Shown: positions 11,117-24,914 of the stretch, piece after piece
Layout: each line of letters opens with the position of its first letter
How positions within the stretch are numbered: the first letter of the stretch is position 1
From: Lingula anatina
Lineage: Eukaryota; Animalia; Brachiopoda
Assembly: GCA_051362555.1 (NCBI GenBank)
Contig: CM120646.1
Coordinates: 22,382,001 to 22,446,000 of the forward strand
Direction: 5' to 3'
Length of the DNA stretch: 64,000 nt
Notes under the pieces: generated by a model
Database searches by the model: none
What the model saw: the letters and a program-made list of their open reading frames with translations, nothing else
What the model was told of the DNA's origin: nothing
Translations under genes and position numbers: made by a program

Positions 11117-13570
11117 GTAAGTGTGATTGCTCTCTTTTGTTTCTCATACAGCAGTATTCAAAGTAAATGGTTTTTGAAGTCATTACTTTCAGTTCTCATA
11201 GGCATGTCTCTTCTCTGATTTAACTAAAATTTCTTCAAGTTTCTCTGGCATATTCAAGTCGACAAATTATGCATAGAATTGTTAAAGAATTTAAGGCGAG
11301 AGGACATAATCTTTTTGTGCTTCATCTGTTTATGTCCTTCTATTCGAAACTCCTTCACTCAATGACTGAAGTGCCTCGTAATTTACGCGAATGTCATCAC
11401 TTGTTTGAATATTTGTATTTTATTTGTTTAGGGCTCTAATGCCCTGTTTAGAAAAAGCTTTAACCTGGTTCCTTTCACTGATACTGGACAGCTTAAATTA
11501 GATCAAATTACCCTCATCCCCACCTCATCCTGCTCTCCTCACATGTGACCCAGTGTCCCCACCATTCCACCACCTCCGAGGGGGTAGGGTGCCGTTGTGT
11601 TAGTCAGATAAGTTGGAGTTCATTCAGAAATTTCACCGGCTGGTGGTGGGGGGGGGTGGGGGGGGGGAGAGTCGGCTGTCCTGCAGTCGTTTCCAAGCCA
11701 AACCCCGGGTTTAACAACGCTAAAGGTCACCAACTACAAAACCTACATGACTGGTGACAGGAATGTTTCCAATAGACTCTGAAACTCTACATGTCGGGAT
11801 AGATTTAAAGTTATCTGTACATGTAGTTGGGTCGATTTTGAGGCATGCTTAACCTCTGCAGTTTCAGTTTTGGGGACACCACCCCCTTATAATACAATAT
11901 TAAGTAATATTGTATATAGTACTATATAACGGCTGTGACGTCATCTTTTACCAGGAAGTGACTCTCTATCCCGGGAGTAGATAAAACATGCTTGACCTTA
12001 CAGCCGACCTTAGCTTGAATGTGTGACTAGAACCCGGATGTACCGGGGTGCACTGACAACTATTTAATTCATTTATATTAGTAGGTACATGTTATACCCA
12101 AATGATATAAATCCTGCCATATAACACCTTGATTCACCGGTGACTCATCAGTTTATAGGTCTGTCATAAACAAGCTGAGGTTGTATTTAAATCAGTAAAA
12201 ATGTATCGATGAATTGGAAAACCGTGGAAAGGAGATGTCCAACCATGAAACTTCAATTCTGTTTAAAATGTGCAGGAATGCATGGCGGTCTGTGTGACAT
12301 GCCAGTCATTTAAAACCCATAATATAGTTATATAGAAACAGTACAAAGCATCGAATCCAATTGCAGAGATGAGTCGAGCAATGATTCGTGAGTAATGGAA
12401 GAAAAGTTCTGTTGGCAGGCAAAATTCCGGAGTTACCTCCTAAACGATACTTTCAAGTGGGATTGTGCTACCTATGACTTATCAGGCCCTACAGGCAAAT
12501 ATCACGATCCTCAAATTGCAACGCTCATATATATCAGAGGCTTAATTAAGTCAAATCATATTTTTTGCTCACAACTATTATATTCAAAAATTGCAACACG
12601 TTTCACAAGCTTGCTTTTTCTAACACGATTGTTGCTCCTACAGCAGAATCAAATCCCTTCCTTTAATTTTACGTACAAACATTGATGACATTATTCATAC
12701 GCAATTAAGTTTCTTCCCTAATTCCCCAGCATGCGGCAGGTGTGGGGTAAGACCGAGCACGAGCAGATCCAAGATAATAGGCGGCTCAGCGGCCACGCCC
12801 AACTCCTGGCCATGGATGGCTTATTTAGAGCTCGGGGCGGCCCGGGACAGGTGTAAACCTTCATGTGGAGGGACCATCATTGCTAGACAGTGGATACTGA
12901 CTGCAGCTCACTGCCTGTACTCTCCGTGAGTAGACGAGAATCTCGTTCATTTTAAACACGTGCCTTAATATATGTGCTAAGTGAGTCAAAATGTGATATG
13001 ATTTACATTAAATATAATGAGATTGTCTTATTATTTGTTATTATTTGTTTGTTTGTTTGCAGACATGTTTTTTTTTTTTTCAGACATTTGTCTACTGTTT
13101 GTGTCATTTTCTCAGTCAACCTTTCAGCCATCTGTTTACAAAACGATCCTGTTTATGTGTTCTGTGCTCACAAATATGCTTTTTCCATCTGTCATTCTCT
13201 TATTTATTGTTTAAACAGCCAGCAGATAGGATGTGGCTCTTCTCGACAATACAAAGCTAACGAAATCAAGGTATACCTCGGGGTAGACAAACTATCAACC
13301 TTACGCAGTGATCCCGCCGTTCTAAAGATGACCGTGACCAAGGTCCACATCCACCCTGGTTACAACCGTGGCACACACGACAATGACATCGCTCTGCTGA
13401 AGCTTTCGTCCAAGGTGAATTACAACTCAAAGATCAGTCCTATTTGCCCAGTGGGACCGTCTCCCAGTGACGTCGTTCCCGAAGAGACCCCCTGCGCGGT
13501 GACGGGCTGGGGGAAAACAAATACAGGTGAGAGAACAGAACACTGTAACGCGTAAGAAAATCTGTCACTG

Positions 13571-13606
<36 letters not shown>

Positions 13607-14535
13607 GTTATATGATATGTTTCTACAAACGTATTTACCTGTATGCTACGTAAAAGTACCAAGATGTTTAATTACTTTTCAGCGTCTAGGCTTCCCAGTG
13701 ACGTACTGATGCAGGTCACAGTAAAATATATTACAGCTAAAACCTGTCGAAAAACCTCGCAATATCCCGCGGGGGAGATCACAGATAACATGGTGTGTGC
13801 GAAAGATACGGGTAAAGATTCCTGTCAGGTAAGGATACTACCGTAAAGCATTTAATTTTTTTTTTTTAAGAAAAAAATTAAAATTAAAACGGACACTCAC
13901 ACACAAGTGATGTGAACTCCGTTCTTTATCTTGTTTTAGTTATTTATCTTTATTTTATTTTACATATTCTATACAACTGTATTTCTACGTTTGTATTTCC
14001 CACTATTATCTAAATAAATCATAATGTATTCCCTGATATCGGAAATCTTCGTATTAATTTCTTGTTTTATATTGTTATCATTGTTATTACTATTTGCTTT
14101 TTAACTACACTGCAGAATTTACATAAGAAAAATGAACGTTGCCATCATTTGTTTAATATTTATGCCAAGGAAGCAATTAAGACTGCCCGTACAAATCGAA
14201 CCTTATACTTTTTATGCGATTTCGTATTCCATTAGTTAAGTATACCAACACACAAAACATGAGCATTTATCAATCTGCGTTTTTATCACTAGCCATTCAT
14301 AAATAATTTTACGCTTTGCTTTCTTTCTCATTTTTTATGTGATACTGATTCATCCATTTAATAGGGGGATTCTGGCGGTCCGCTAGCCTGCCCGTACACA
14401 GTGAACGGGAAAACGGTCTGGAAGCAGCTTGGCATCGTCAGCTTTGGGCGAGGGTGTGCGTTGCCACAGTATCCGGGGGTGTACACCGACGTCAATAAGC
14501 TATCCAGGTGGATTGCCAGGACCATCTGTAAGTGA
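11041..14535 (+). CDS. Secreted trypsin-like serine protease (peptidase S1A), 298 aa, 5 exons
   Basis: Exons 11041-11116, 12730-12925, 13219-13526, 13683-13828, 14365-14535 (897 nt; phases 1,2,1,0). Signal peptide, short CG-containing propeptide, activation site SK|IIGG, WPWMA, catalytic TAAHC / NDIALLKL / GDSGGP. Asp189 (GKDSC), Gly216 and Gly226 indicate trypsin specificity. AATAAA at 14760. Confidence 0.93.
12730..12925 (+). CDS. Serine protease exon 2 (propeptide, IIGG, catalytic His)
   Basis: [15 protein letters not shown]|[18 protein letters not shown]...[17 protein letters not shown]; ccccag| and |gtgagt; missing from the ORF track. Confidence 0.93.
13219..13526 (+). CDS. Serine protease exon 3 (catalytic Asp)
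   Basis: [21 protein letters not shown]...ISPIC...CAVTGWG. Confidence 0.93.
13683..13828 (+). CDS. Serine protease exon 4
   Basis: LMQVTV...C...ITDNMVCA...GKDSCQ|gtaagg. Confidence 0.93.
14365..14535 (+). CDS. Serine protease exon 5 (catalytic Ser)
   Basis: GDSGGPLAC...[21 protein letters not shown]...WIARTICK*. Confidence 0.9.
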   Translation, partial: GDSGGPLACPYTVNGKTVWKQLGIVSFGRGCALPQYPGVYTDVNKLSRWIARTICK

Positions 14536-15645
14536 TATTATGACATAGTGAATACTGTTTGACGGAATAGAAGTAGGAAGATACGGTGAAAGTATATCAA
14601 ACTGCTGTTCGGGGATGGGGGGTTGCAGCGGGCACGTGCACCAATCTTGGCTTCTTACCCCTCCCCCCTTCTCCTCTTCTCCCTCCCTATTTAACAGTAT
14701 AATCATCATGCATTTCTGCTGTATATTAGATTACATGTAACATTGTTCCGTCTTTTTTAAATAAATACTTGGCCCGACCCCACATGGTTAGCAAAATCAT
14801 GGAGTCATCTTACATGTACATTGAACTTCTTTTATATTAGAAGTGCCGTATACATATACACAGTGGTAACCTTTCTTCGACTCGCAATCGGCACCGGCGA
14901 AACTCAGAATCATACAAAAATACGTTTAGTTGATTGTCTTATTTATTTTTTATATTTTTATAAATTAATTTATTAATTTTTTTTTACTTTTTTAATTTCT
15001 TTGTATGGTGGTAAATTTGTCTGATAATGTGGGTCTTCTTTTTCAGTACTGGGGCAATGAAATCAACGGAGCCAAACGATTACCAACGGTATATTTTAGC
15101 ATATAGACAAAAAATCTACACCAAGTACTGGAGATACAGAGAACTGGACAATGAAGCCAACGGATCACCAAAGACAGAGAGGACTGGACTCAATCCGATA
15201 AAGCCGACCATTTTCATGACTTCGCGAAAATATACTTGCTGTCTTCCCCCATCCTCTATCAGGGCTACCAATTGCTTTTTCACTAAATATCCAAAGGTAT
15301 AATATACCTTGGCAAATTCATGACACAATTCTCTCGATCTGCTGTGAAAACAGCAGAAAATTGTGTCTTGAATTAGCCAGAGAAGCAACAGAAATTTCTG
15401 CCATGAATTAGACAGAGCCATATCTGTGAATATATATACCGGTAGTGAAAAAACAATCTGAGGTCTTGGCGGAGGGTAGACATGTTGTCTTCACCGGGGT
15501 ATTCAACCCGCTGGGTATTAAATCATTCCTATAACGTTTATTAAACCAAGATTGCGGTTATCATGTTATTCATGATAAGTTTTTCCTCAAACTAGTATTA
15601 GTCATTTCCTATTGTAGGAATATTTAAATTTAAACCTCGAAATAA

Positions 15646-15647
<2 letters not shown>

Positions 15648-15717
<70 letters not shown>
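15648..15717. repeat. (AT)n microsatellite (~35 units) with inverted flanks
   Basis: Directly visible; flanks AATAAG / CTTATT and TGTAGGAATA / TATTCCTACA. Confidence 0.95.
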
Positions 15718-15719
<2 letters not shown>

Positions 15720-16373
15720 TATTCCTACATGTGCATAAATATAGTATACCTGTCTGTTCAAAGCAGTTCGTTTTCAGTGTATATGAATTTAGTTTTTATG
15801 GTGGTAATATTATTAAAAATATTTAAAAATATTATAACATGTTTTATAATACATTATAATTTAAAATATTATAAAATTATTTATAAAACAAATCCAAAAA
15901 TTAACGTTTCTGGGTCACGTTTATGGTTGGTGAGATAAAAGTGCACCGAATTTCAAATTTTAATTCCCTGCAGACGTTTTCGTTGCACACGTGTGCTGCG
16001 TCACATAAGTCACTACAGTACGTCGGCTCGGAAGTTTTCGTGCCCTTCCGTGTTCTTCCGTGTCCCCTTGGTCTTAAAATCAATGTTCAAAACACAGAGC
16101 CGGATCTCAGCGTCTCACTACCACCGGGATGTTGACCAATTTTATAAATTGACTGTATATACGCATGATGTGGCAAAAATACGTACAAACACTCGTGAGG
16201 ACATAAGTTCTATTGTACATGTGGCACGTTTTGTTCCTGAATTTATAATTCCTGAATTACTATCTGTCTGAGTTTCGCCCTTATCGCTTATCGGCCAACA
16301 GTGTGTAAAACGTAAGACTCTCATGACGCATATTATCACACGTTTTAAAAGCATTCACTTTTTATCTATCTAT

Positions 16374-16404
<31 letters not shown>

Positions 16405-16665
16405 TTTCATAATTTTTATGTTATTTTCATAAAAATGGCAAACTTACTTTTTGATTCGCGCCCATTTTTCTCTCTGTGTAAGACTAATGATTTATTTCAT
16501 GTGTGGGTTTTGTTTGCATGTGCATGCGTGCGTGTGCGTGTGTGCATGTGTGTGTATGGAGGGGGAGGGAGGAGGGGTCGTGCGATCCATAAAAAGTGAG
16601 ATCCATCCGCATAAGACACTACAGACATAAAAAAACAATGAACATTAAAGCCCACAATATTTGCT

Positions 16666-16671
16666 TTTATT
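16666..16671 (-). terminator. Candidate polyadenylation signal of the dopamine receptor (3' UTR ~1.7 kb)
   Basis: AATAAA on the minus strand followed by a U/GU-rich tract (ATTGTTTTTTTATGTCTGT); other hexamers exist, so this is tentative. Confidence 0.3.
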
Positions 16672-18351
16672 ATAAATCATAATAATTATCACAATGCATG
16701 CAAATCCATACATGTATATAACTGCACTAAGTTGTCACTGCAGCCAGTGATAGAACAGCGTGGTATATATAGAACCACCAGAATACAAATAACAATCAGC
16801 ATTTCTATATTTAGATTCGTCTCGTTTACGGATGCGGAATGACCTCAGTGCATATTAAACATACTCAAATTTAATACAGAAGTATTTCAGTTTTAGTTTC
16901 CTCTTTAATCATCTTTTATTATGTGTATCACTGCCAATATACTGGAGAGATAACATTTCTATACAACAGTCACAGGGGATCTATCGACACAATGTTGAAC
17001 TGAATTGCGATAGTTGAGACCTCAAGGTACTCTATCATATATCTCAACTAACACAGCCTTTTTTTTTTTGCGTTACAGCCAACGGCATTACCACTAATGA
17101 ACGGCCATAAGAAGTGCAGTTACTTAATTAATAACTTTCTTGCCTAGGAATTTATTGTTTTGAAAATTAAGCAATTAATAATTCAAATTCACCATCGTCG
17201 CAGTATTCAGATACAAGTATTTTCTAATAATTGTGCTGACTATTCAACTTCCTGTCACCCAAAAACCCCGTTACCTATAGAGATATTACTTTAACACACA
17301 AGATTAACTTTATTCATAAAGTGCCTCTTAGTAATTTAGTAGCTTAGTAACAACTAATTAATGATGACTAAAACTTTCTAGATAACGGAGGCGAGTGAAT
17401 CTTAAATGGGGACATTCACTGTAACGATTTCACTCAAAATTTAATTTGAATTAAGAAACAACTGTGATATAAAATATTCAGAAGTTTGGTCTGGGGTTGT
17501 CCTATGGCGCAACCTCGCTGAATTATGCAATTTGCTTTGAACCTGTGTAGAATGTAAAAAACAGAAGTAAGTAATTGGTTGCCAATGCTGATGTCTACGA
17601 GTTAACAACATCGCAGAGAGAGAGAGAGATCAAAGTAAAAAAGAGCATTCGCAAGCGACTGATAAGATTCATAGCTGTTGACGTATGTGTTGAGACATTA
17701 CTTTCATATGACGACTTTTTATCTGAAGTTCGAGTTTTAGTAAATAAAAAGCGTCTAAAATTCATGCAATCTCATTCTCAAAACTAGGCCAAAAATCCTA
17801 TAGTACTCTTTGAAAATGTGTTATTGGTGATACTTTATGTTGATGCCATGTAGGTATAGTAATACTTAGCAAGAAGCAATCAGTCAGCTGGTATACCACA
17901 CTGCTTTTCACAATCAGCCGGTGTAACGCGAGTCCCCCTTGATAGAGTCTGCTTCCCACTTATTTGTACAGGCCCTAAGCCTCGCGCTAGATTTTGACCC
18001 ATTTAAGTCAGGCTAACCCTAACCATTTTATCTAAATGGAGGGCGGACTTTCTGTTACACGGGCCCTCAGTTTCGTTACACCGATTCTTGCTAATATCCG
18101 AACTTACAGTCGACTGAACTCCCTTTATACCTCGCAAATATTGAAGACTGTTAAAGATAAGCCACAGAACGTAACTGTTACAGTGAAGACATCGTCACAC
18201 TTCTTTAAAAACTTTCAAGAAGGTCGAACATCGACAATCATTGGTGTCTTCTTAACGAGATTTGACGTGCAGTAGATTATTAGCACTATCTTTGACAGCT
18301 TAACGGGAATCCGCATTGAAAACGGTGTAGACTGCACTTTGTCAGTCACTT

Positions 18352-18593
18352 TCAATATTTTGCACACGGATTCGTTAAAAGTTTCTTAAAAGCTTTCCGG
18401 AATTCCATATTGAAGACGGTGTAGATGACGGGATTCATGAAGCTGTTGACGTAGCCAAGCCACGTGAAAAGGGAAAACAACAAGCCATCGATGCTGTTAC
18501 ATACTGAGGCATGCTCCTTCAACTCGTACCGGATACAAATGGCGTTGATAATATTGACGGTGAAGAAAGGCACCCAGCAAAATAAAAACACAC
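18352..18593 (-). CDS. Dop2R: Dopamine receptor coding exon 4 (TM6-TM7, C-tail)
   Basis: ttttcag|[11 protein letters not shown]...[27 protein letters not shown]. Confidence 0.93.
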
Positions 18594-21500
18594 CTGAAAA
18601 ATTAAATAACAGGCATTTATTACAATTTTAATTAATCTGACGAGCATTTAGGTGGCGACAAAGCACACGCGAAATAAAGTGTCGGATTAAACTTCCCGTA
18701 AATGATGGTCAAGTCATCGATTAAAAGTTCTTGATACAGAGTATGATTTATGGTAAAGCGGATTGTTTGGGTTTAATCATTTATTAATCTAATTATTTAT
18801 GGATGTGTCTTGGATGCTGATACTTTCTTATTGAGACTTGCCTCATACAGTAGGCCTACTGATCGTTGTATTATTACTTCGTATGTCCAACATTAGGTTA
18901 ATTTCTTTCTCTAACAGGAAGGTTGATTTTACTTAGTAGGGCCTACCTGTAGTTTAATGAGCTATATTTAAATTCACGACAGCAATTTACCCACCTAACA
19001 CAATAGCCAATGTCTTTGTTGCCTTCTTTTCTTTAGAGCCTTCCCGCTTCGTCTTACGCCTCGTAAGAGGGAAAGTCACTTTTATATGGGGTCGCAACCC
19101 TTGTTTTTTCCCATGGCCATTCCCTGGATGCGTATCGCCAATGACAGATCCGTTTCTACACAGTAACTTATTTTTAGCTGTTTGAAAGAATTTTAGCCGG
19201 TTTGTATCGGGTGAGTTGGGTATGGACTCACTGTCAGAAGCAGATATTTGTACCATGTTACTGTTTGTGGTTTTTCCGTTCTGATGCGGGTTTTTGTTGT
19301 TCGAGTCAATAAGAGCGGTTTCTGCGGTACTGTTCGCAATCACGTGACTTCCGTCGTTTGCTGCCATGGTCCTGTGAACGTCTTCCATGCGAACCCACAC
19401 GTCTTCTTCGTCAGACGCAGGGGCAAGCATCGTGGTCACAGTACAAGAAGTCGTTTTCAAATTTTCCAGTTCCACCCGGGTGTCTAACTTCAGTTGATCT
19501 TGTTTTAAAGGCTTTTTCTCATCTGATGAGTCATCTTGTTGTGCGGGGTTCTCAATTACGTTAGCACGGGTCATCTTTTTGGCTTTTTTACCCCGCTGTC
19601 GAATGGCCCTGAATATTCTCCAGTACAAGAAAACCATGATAATACAAGGTATATAGAAAGACCCCATGGACGACCATATTAAGAAGTCGGAGTTGTAAAA
19701 CCTGCATTCGTGTGGCCCGCGCTGAGGCGAATAGTTTTGACCCAATGCAATGGGCAACGCTATGGCCACCGATATTACCCAAACAAGAGCCAGCGTCACA
19801 TAAACCCTCTTAGAATTTTTATGCTTGGCATATTTGATAGGCTGCGTCACAGCTATAAACCTGAAAATAAAATCAGGATTAATTCATATTTCTTATTTTA
19901 AATTAAACAAGAGATACTTTTTTAATATGCCACATTTGAAAAAAAACGAGGCTGCATTAAAAAACAGTTTAATGGCGTCATTTAAAATGGCCTCCATATC
20001 ATATATATCATTAAAAAGAGATGTTTTTTCCCTAGCACAAACGTAACGTCACTTCTTATTTTCCATTTTTTACGTTTGCAGAATCAATAAAACGACATTC
20101 TTTTTTTTAAATTGAATTACAGTAGGCCTACTTAGTAAATGATTATCGCAAAACACAGGTGAATATGAACACTTAAGCAGCAATGCGACTGCTGAAGGAT
20201 CTGTAAAATGACTCTGAAAGCCTCACCTGTCTACACTGATAGCCACAAGGTTCAAGATGGAAGCCGTAGAGAACATCACGTCAAACGACACCCAGGCGTC
20301 ACAGAGAATATCGCTCAGCATCCACAGTCCCCGCACCTGGAGGTTAATTTTATGGGTTAGTGTTTTTTTTAGGAATCACATGTAATAATCCGAGATGAAA
20401 TATTTGTGATATATAGCTATTATGTGCATGGTATTGCCCACTCCTTCATAAACATCATGATTCGGTGTTTGGAAGTGCGTACTAGTAAATGTATAGGTCC
20501 TACGTGAATTTTTTTTTTTATAAATATTTCAGTTTGTGGTGGTTATTTCCGTGAAATACAAGATTCCAACATTCTTCTCAAATAATGTGTTTGTGCCGTT
20601 GTTTAAAGATTTTTATCATTTGTTAGTGTTGTCATTTCAGGTAAATGTTTTTGTGACTCGATATAACCCTTCACAATCCTTTCTAAGCATATTGTAATCA
20701 AAAGGGGTGTAGCGACCCTCTGTGGTCTATCCATACATCATATCACATATGTAATGGCATTATTTTACAACACGCCCCCTATCAGTGCGATTTATGATGA
20801 ATAACACGCCCCCTATCGGTTTGTGTTATGAGTCGCACATTGCAGACCGCACTTCTAGAAGTAAATCAAAACTGAATGCTGTAGTGTCATCAGCAAAATG
20901 AAAGCAGTAAGTTAATTTAGTGACTCGGTTACCCTGCCGGTTGACGTAAGAGTAACAAAACACAAGCGCCTTCTTATTTTTTAATAATGCGATGATCAAT
21001 AGGGGTACGGAAATTGTGCAGATATATTGAAAAATGTACACTGTATATATAACATAGATACTGGTTTATGTCAATGTTAAAAAATCAAAGAAAATATGAG
21101 AAGAAACAACACAGTCGAGTGAGAAAAAAACAAATCACGACCAATTTGCAAAAAATTAAAATTTTGAGATGTTTCAAAAGTTAAACAGGAGAAGTGATAA
21201 AAGTATGCAGTATACAGCCGATGCAAAAATAAGGTCTAGCTGTTCACAAGAATATATACATGTGTAGAAAGATTTCAGACGAAATATTTCTCTTGAATCA
21301 AAGATGGACATTCCACGAAACGGTGCCAAAAGGGGCCATCACGACTACATGCAGATGCAAATGTGCCCTCAAAGACGAAACACGTCTTTCAGAAACGCAG
21401 CCATCATACATGTACATTACCACTTGCACCATATCATGTGAACATAACACCATGCCTTCATTAACTTCTGTTTAACGATTCCATCATGTGACTCCAAGTG

Positions 21501-24500
21501 TTATCGGCTCACGAAAAAGAGTGATACAAGTAATAGGTTTATGACATGATTAATGAGGCAAATGACTTCCTGTTCGTTAAAATGCAATTAAATACTTTTC
21601 ACAGTAATTATCACGTTGAAATAATGGGCACGACTAATACATGGCCAACGGATATGGAACCACCACATCTAAATGACTAAATGCTATTTTGTTGTTTTAT
21701 ATTTCCAATGTCACAACTCGATGTTCATCAAAACATCAAGCAAAAAAATACAGTGATTCTTCAAGTTCATCAGACGTCACTCTAACTAAGCCTAAAGTCA
21801 CTTTGACGCAGTGGCTTCAACATGCTGGAAAAATCAGGCGATTACTTCGCGTGCCATTAGGAGATCAAGCCATGGGCGGGAAGACTGATCGGTTACCGCA
21901 GCTTAATTAGGTCATTCATATCCTGCAGGTACCTTTTTCCGACATATCGGAGTATTATTAACAGCCTAAGCCGTGCACGGTTTTGTCGATACGATGAGTG
22001 ACGTATACGTACTGTTAGAAAAAATGATCGGAGGGTAGTTATGTTTTAATGAGCCTTTTGCGTGACGCGATCTTCGTTAAAATGCAGCATTGGGATGTTC
22101 AGTTATATTTACCCCACTAACGCGTAAATACTTGATGTTGTGTAGCTGTATTGTGATGCCACGGAGCACGTGTATTCTTTGATTATAAAGTTTCAGCACA
22201 GAGAAATAATCGCATATCGTGTCTATCAGAAAGAAAGATTACGGGGGGTGGGGTGAAACATTTTCAAATCAGTTTTTTACTGCACAAAGGATCTTTTGGG
22301 TTTCATCTTTTTAAATATTTCCATTGTAAGCTGTGCCCCGGTAATTGCATAATTTGCCTATACGAATGTCACAAATGTTGTAGTTTTTGCAGTATTCAAA
22401 GGAATATGGCGCTTTATTTATTTAAAATGATTCAAGGCGTTTAATCAAAATCTGTGGAGTTTTACCAGAAAAATGCTGTATATCTACATATATAATCTTA
22501 TTTGTGGGAAGGAGGTGGTCGCATGTTTTGCATTATTAAAAGCATTCATCACTCTAACCACGGTTTTTGTAACACCGTATCACACACATGTATACAAATA
22601 CATTTTATACTTGGTTTCATTTGGACACATCTGTGGACAGGAATAACAACCTTGATAGTTCATTAATCCTGTATATATACTGTGGATAATGAATGATGAT
22701 ACTACCGTTATCTTTAGGCTTAGAAATTATCAGGTATAAGCCAGTTAATGCCCGTCATAAGTGATCCGTTAGAGCCATTAACTTTGTCACATTAAAGGTC
22801 ATTCTACTTTTATCTATCCTGAGTTCTTTTGTACTTTCTTTGGTTCTCTATACGCACGCCCCCTGTCGTTAATTTTAATAAATAAAAAAAATTAAAATTA
22901 TAGCGGCCCAAACAATGTACTTCAGTATTAAAAAGTTAGAAATGCTAGGATGTCATCTAGAACCCTCCATCAACCCTCCTTCTCTGTTCGTGCATTTCTC
23001 TCCTAAAGGTATGAATACGTACTTCTATTTATAAAACAACGTATTTAAGGGAGCATGCCACGTTTTAGGACAGAAGCACTTTGATAATATTCTCTGACAT
23101 CACAAAGGGCATTTTCGAATCTAAAAATGTTTGAAGCAGATGAAACGTGGGTGATGAAGACATACCCATCAGAAGACAGTCCATAGGTCACAGGATAATT
23201 ACTCTCTCATAATACATGTAAATGCTACCGGTAGATTAATGTACTGAAAATGTACAGTGGAATTTCTAACAAAAGATCCGTTCTTATTTGACGATATTCT
23301 GCACACTACTCCCACATTCTATAACCAGTTCTGAACTTCTAGCACATGCAGTTGTTGACTCAATATATCGACTAGCTTCCGTGCGGCATTCAATACTAAA
23401 TGTCAGTCTTAACACACGATCAGGTGTTGGCCCTCTCTCTTCTTTATATCAACAGGGTGTATAAGGTCATAAACAAGAGAGCAGCATCTCCGGTAAGTAC
23501 AATGAGTATGTTAGATAATGATGGTATCTTATTTGCGTTCTATTTTCGCGCGCACGCAAAACAGAGATATTGCTAAAAAGAAACCGATTTGGCAACACAA
23601 ATTAACAGTGCAATACAATTTCAGACAAAATGACCACACACTTCGCTTTTGCTTATTAAAAGCACCACTGGTTCAAAAATGTTTCATCTATTGATCTTAA
23701 TATCATTGGCTTAAGGCACTGTTCACTTCATCAATCCTTCACCTGACCAAAGACTGACCTTGCTGCTTTTAATTACGACAATCGCATCTTAATTAAATCC
23801 TAGACAAACAGCAGTTCTTGAAGTAATTGGTATCCAAGGCTGCAGCTTCTGTGTATTGAAAGGAGAGTCTCAAACGTCGCACATCTGATTGGTTTTAATT
23901 GCCATCTCTGCCAGGTGGGAAATAAAAGGCAGACAAACGAGCAGATTAAATCCATGCTCGCTTACCTTCCTTTTATTCGTGAACAAAATAAACCTCCTGT
24001 GTCATGTGATGCATTGATGATTGGTGTTTTATTGCATTGGGCTATTAATCTGTTTGTTTGTTTGTTTGTTTGTTTGTTTTCTTTCATTTGTTTTATCCAG
24101 ATATCCCCAAAGTAACTGCAGCTATGTTAACATATCCGTTATCTGATTTGATCTGCAATCCATTGATCTTCTTTCTATATTGCCAACTATGAGCTACCTA
24201 CCGCATAGAACAGCGCTGCCAGAACTACAGGTACAGGTACATGTATGTGTATTTTGTTTATACTGCAAGGCCCGTTCATTAACACATTTTACACGTGTGT
24301 GTGTGTATTCTAAATTATCACGCGTGGGTGTGCGACCACTGTCGAGACTGAAACAGTTGCTAAATCGACTCCTATTTGTTGCTACTATCTTTTACACAAA
24401 ACATGTCATAATATAAACAATTCGCGTCAAAACAGGCATTAATAAACTGGTGCATACAGTCCACACCGACAGCTGTGCGTGGGTGAGTATTCAATTATCA

Positions 24501-24843
24501 AAACCAACAAGAAGGTTCATCAGGTAAACCCCTCCAGGTGTGCCGCGGTTATCATAACATTTGTACTACGTGGATGCCCGTAATGTTAGCGATTCCCGTA
24601 AGGGACTTGTTCGTTTTCCCAGAAAGTGGTAAACATTTATTTTTGGCCGAGGTGACCCAATGACCGCGAGTTAACCGTCCACAGGTCAGCTGTTCAAACT
24701 TTCTCCAACAGGATTCATGATTAGTGACTTTTTTTCTGAATGTTGCTTCGCATCTGTTATTTTAATATGGCTTGGTGATGGATGTATTTGCAAGGATTTC
24801 ATGCATACTGGTATATCTTATAACAGGATGTTCATGACGAGAG

Positions 24844-24914
<71 letters not shown>

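Noticed and set aside
12974-13218. Hydrophobic N-terminal part of the 193-aa ORF suggesting a membrane-anchored protease
   Set aside because: T-rich intron 2 sequence; the true exon starts at 13219 and the IIGG/His exon lies upstream.
15027-15421. 91- and 101-aa ORFs downstream of the protease
   Set aside because: No recognisable motif, and the 91-aa frame is out of phase with the available donor at 14528.
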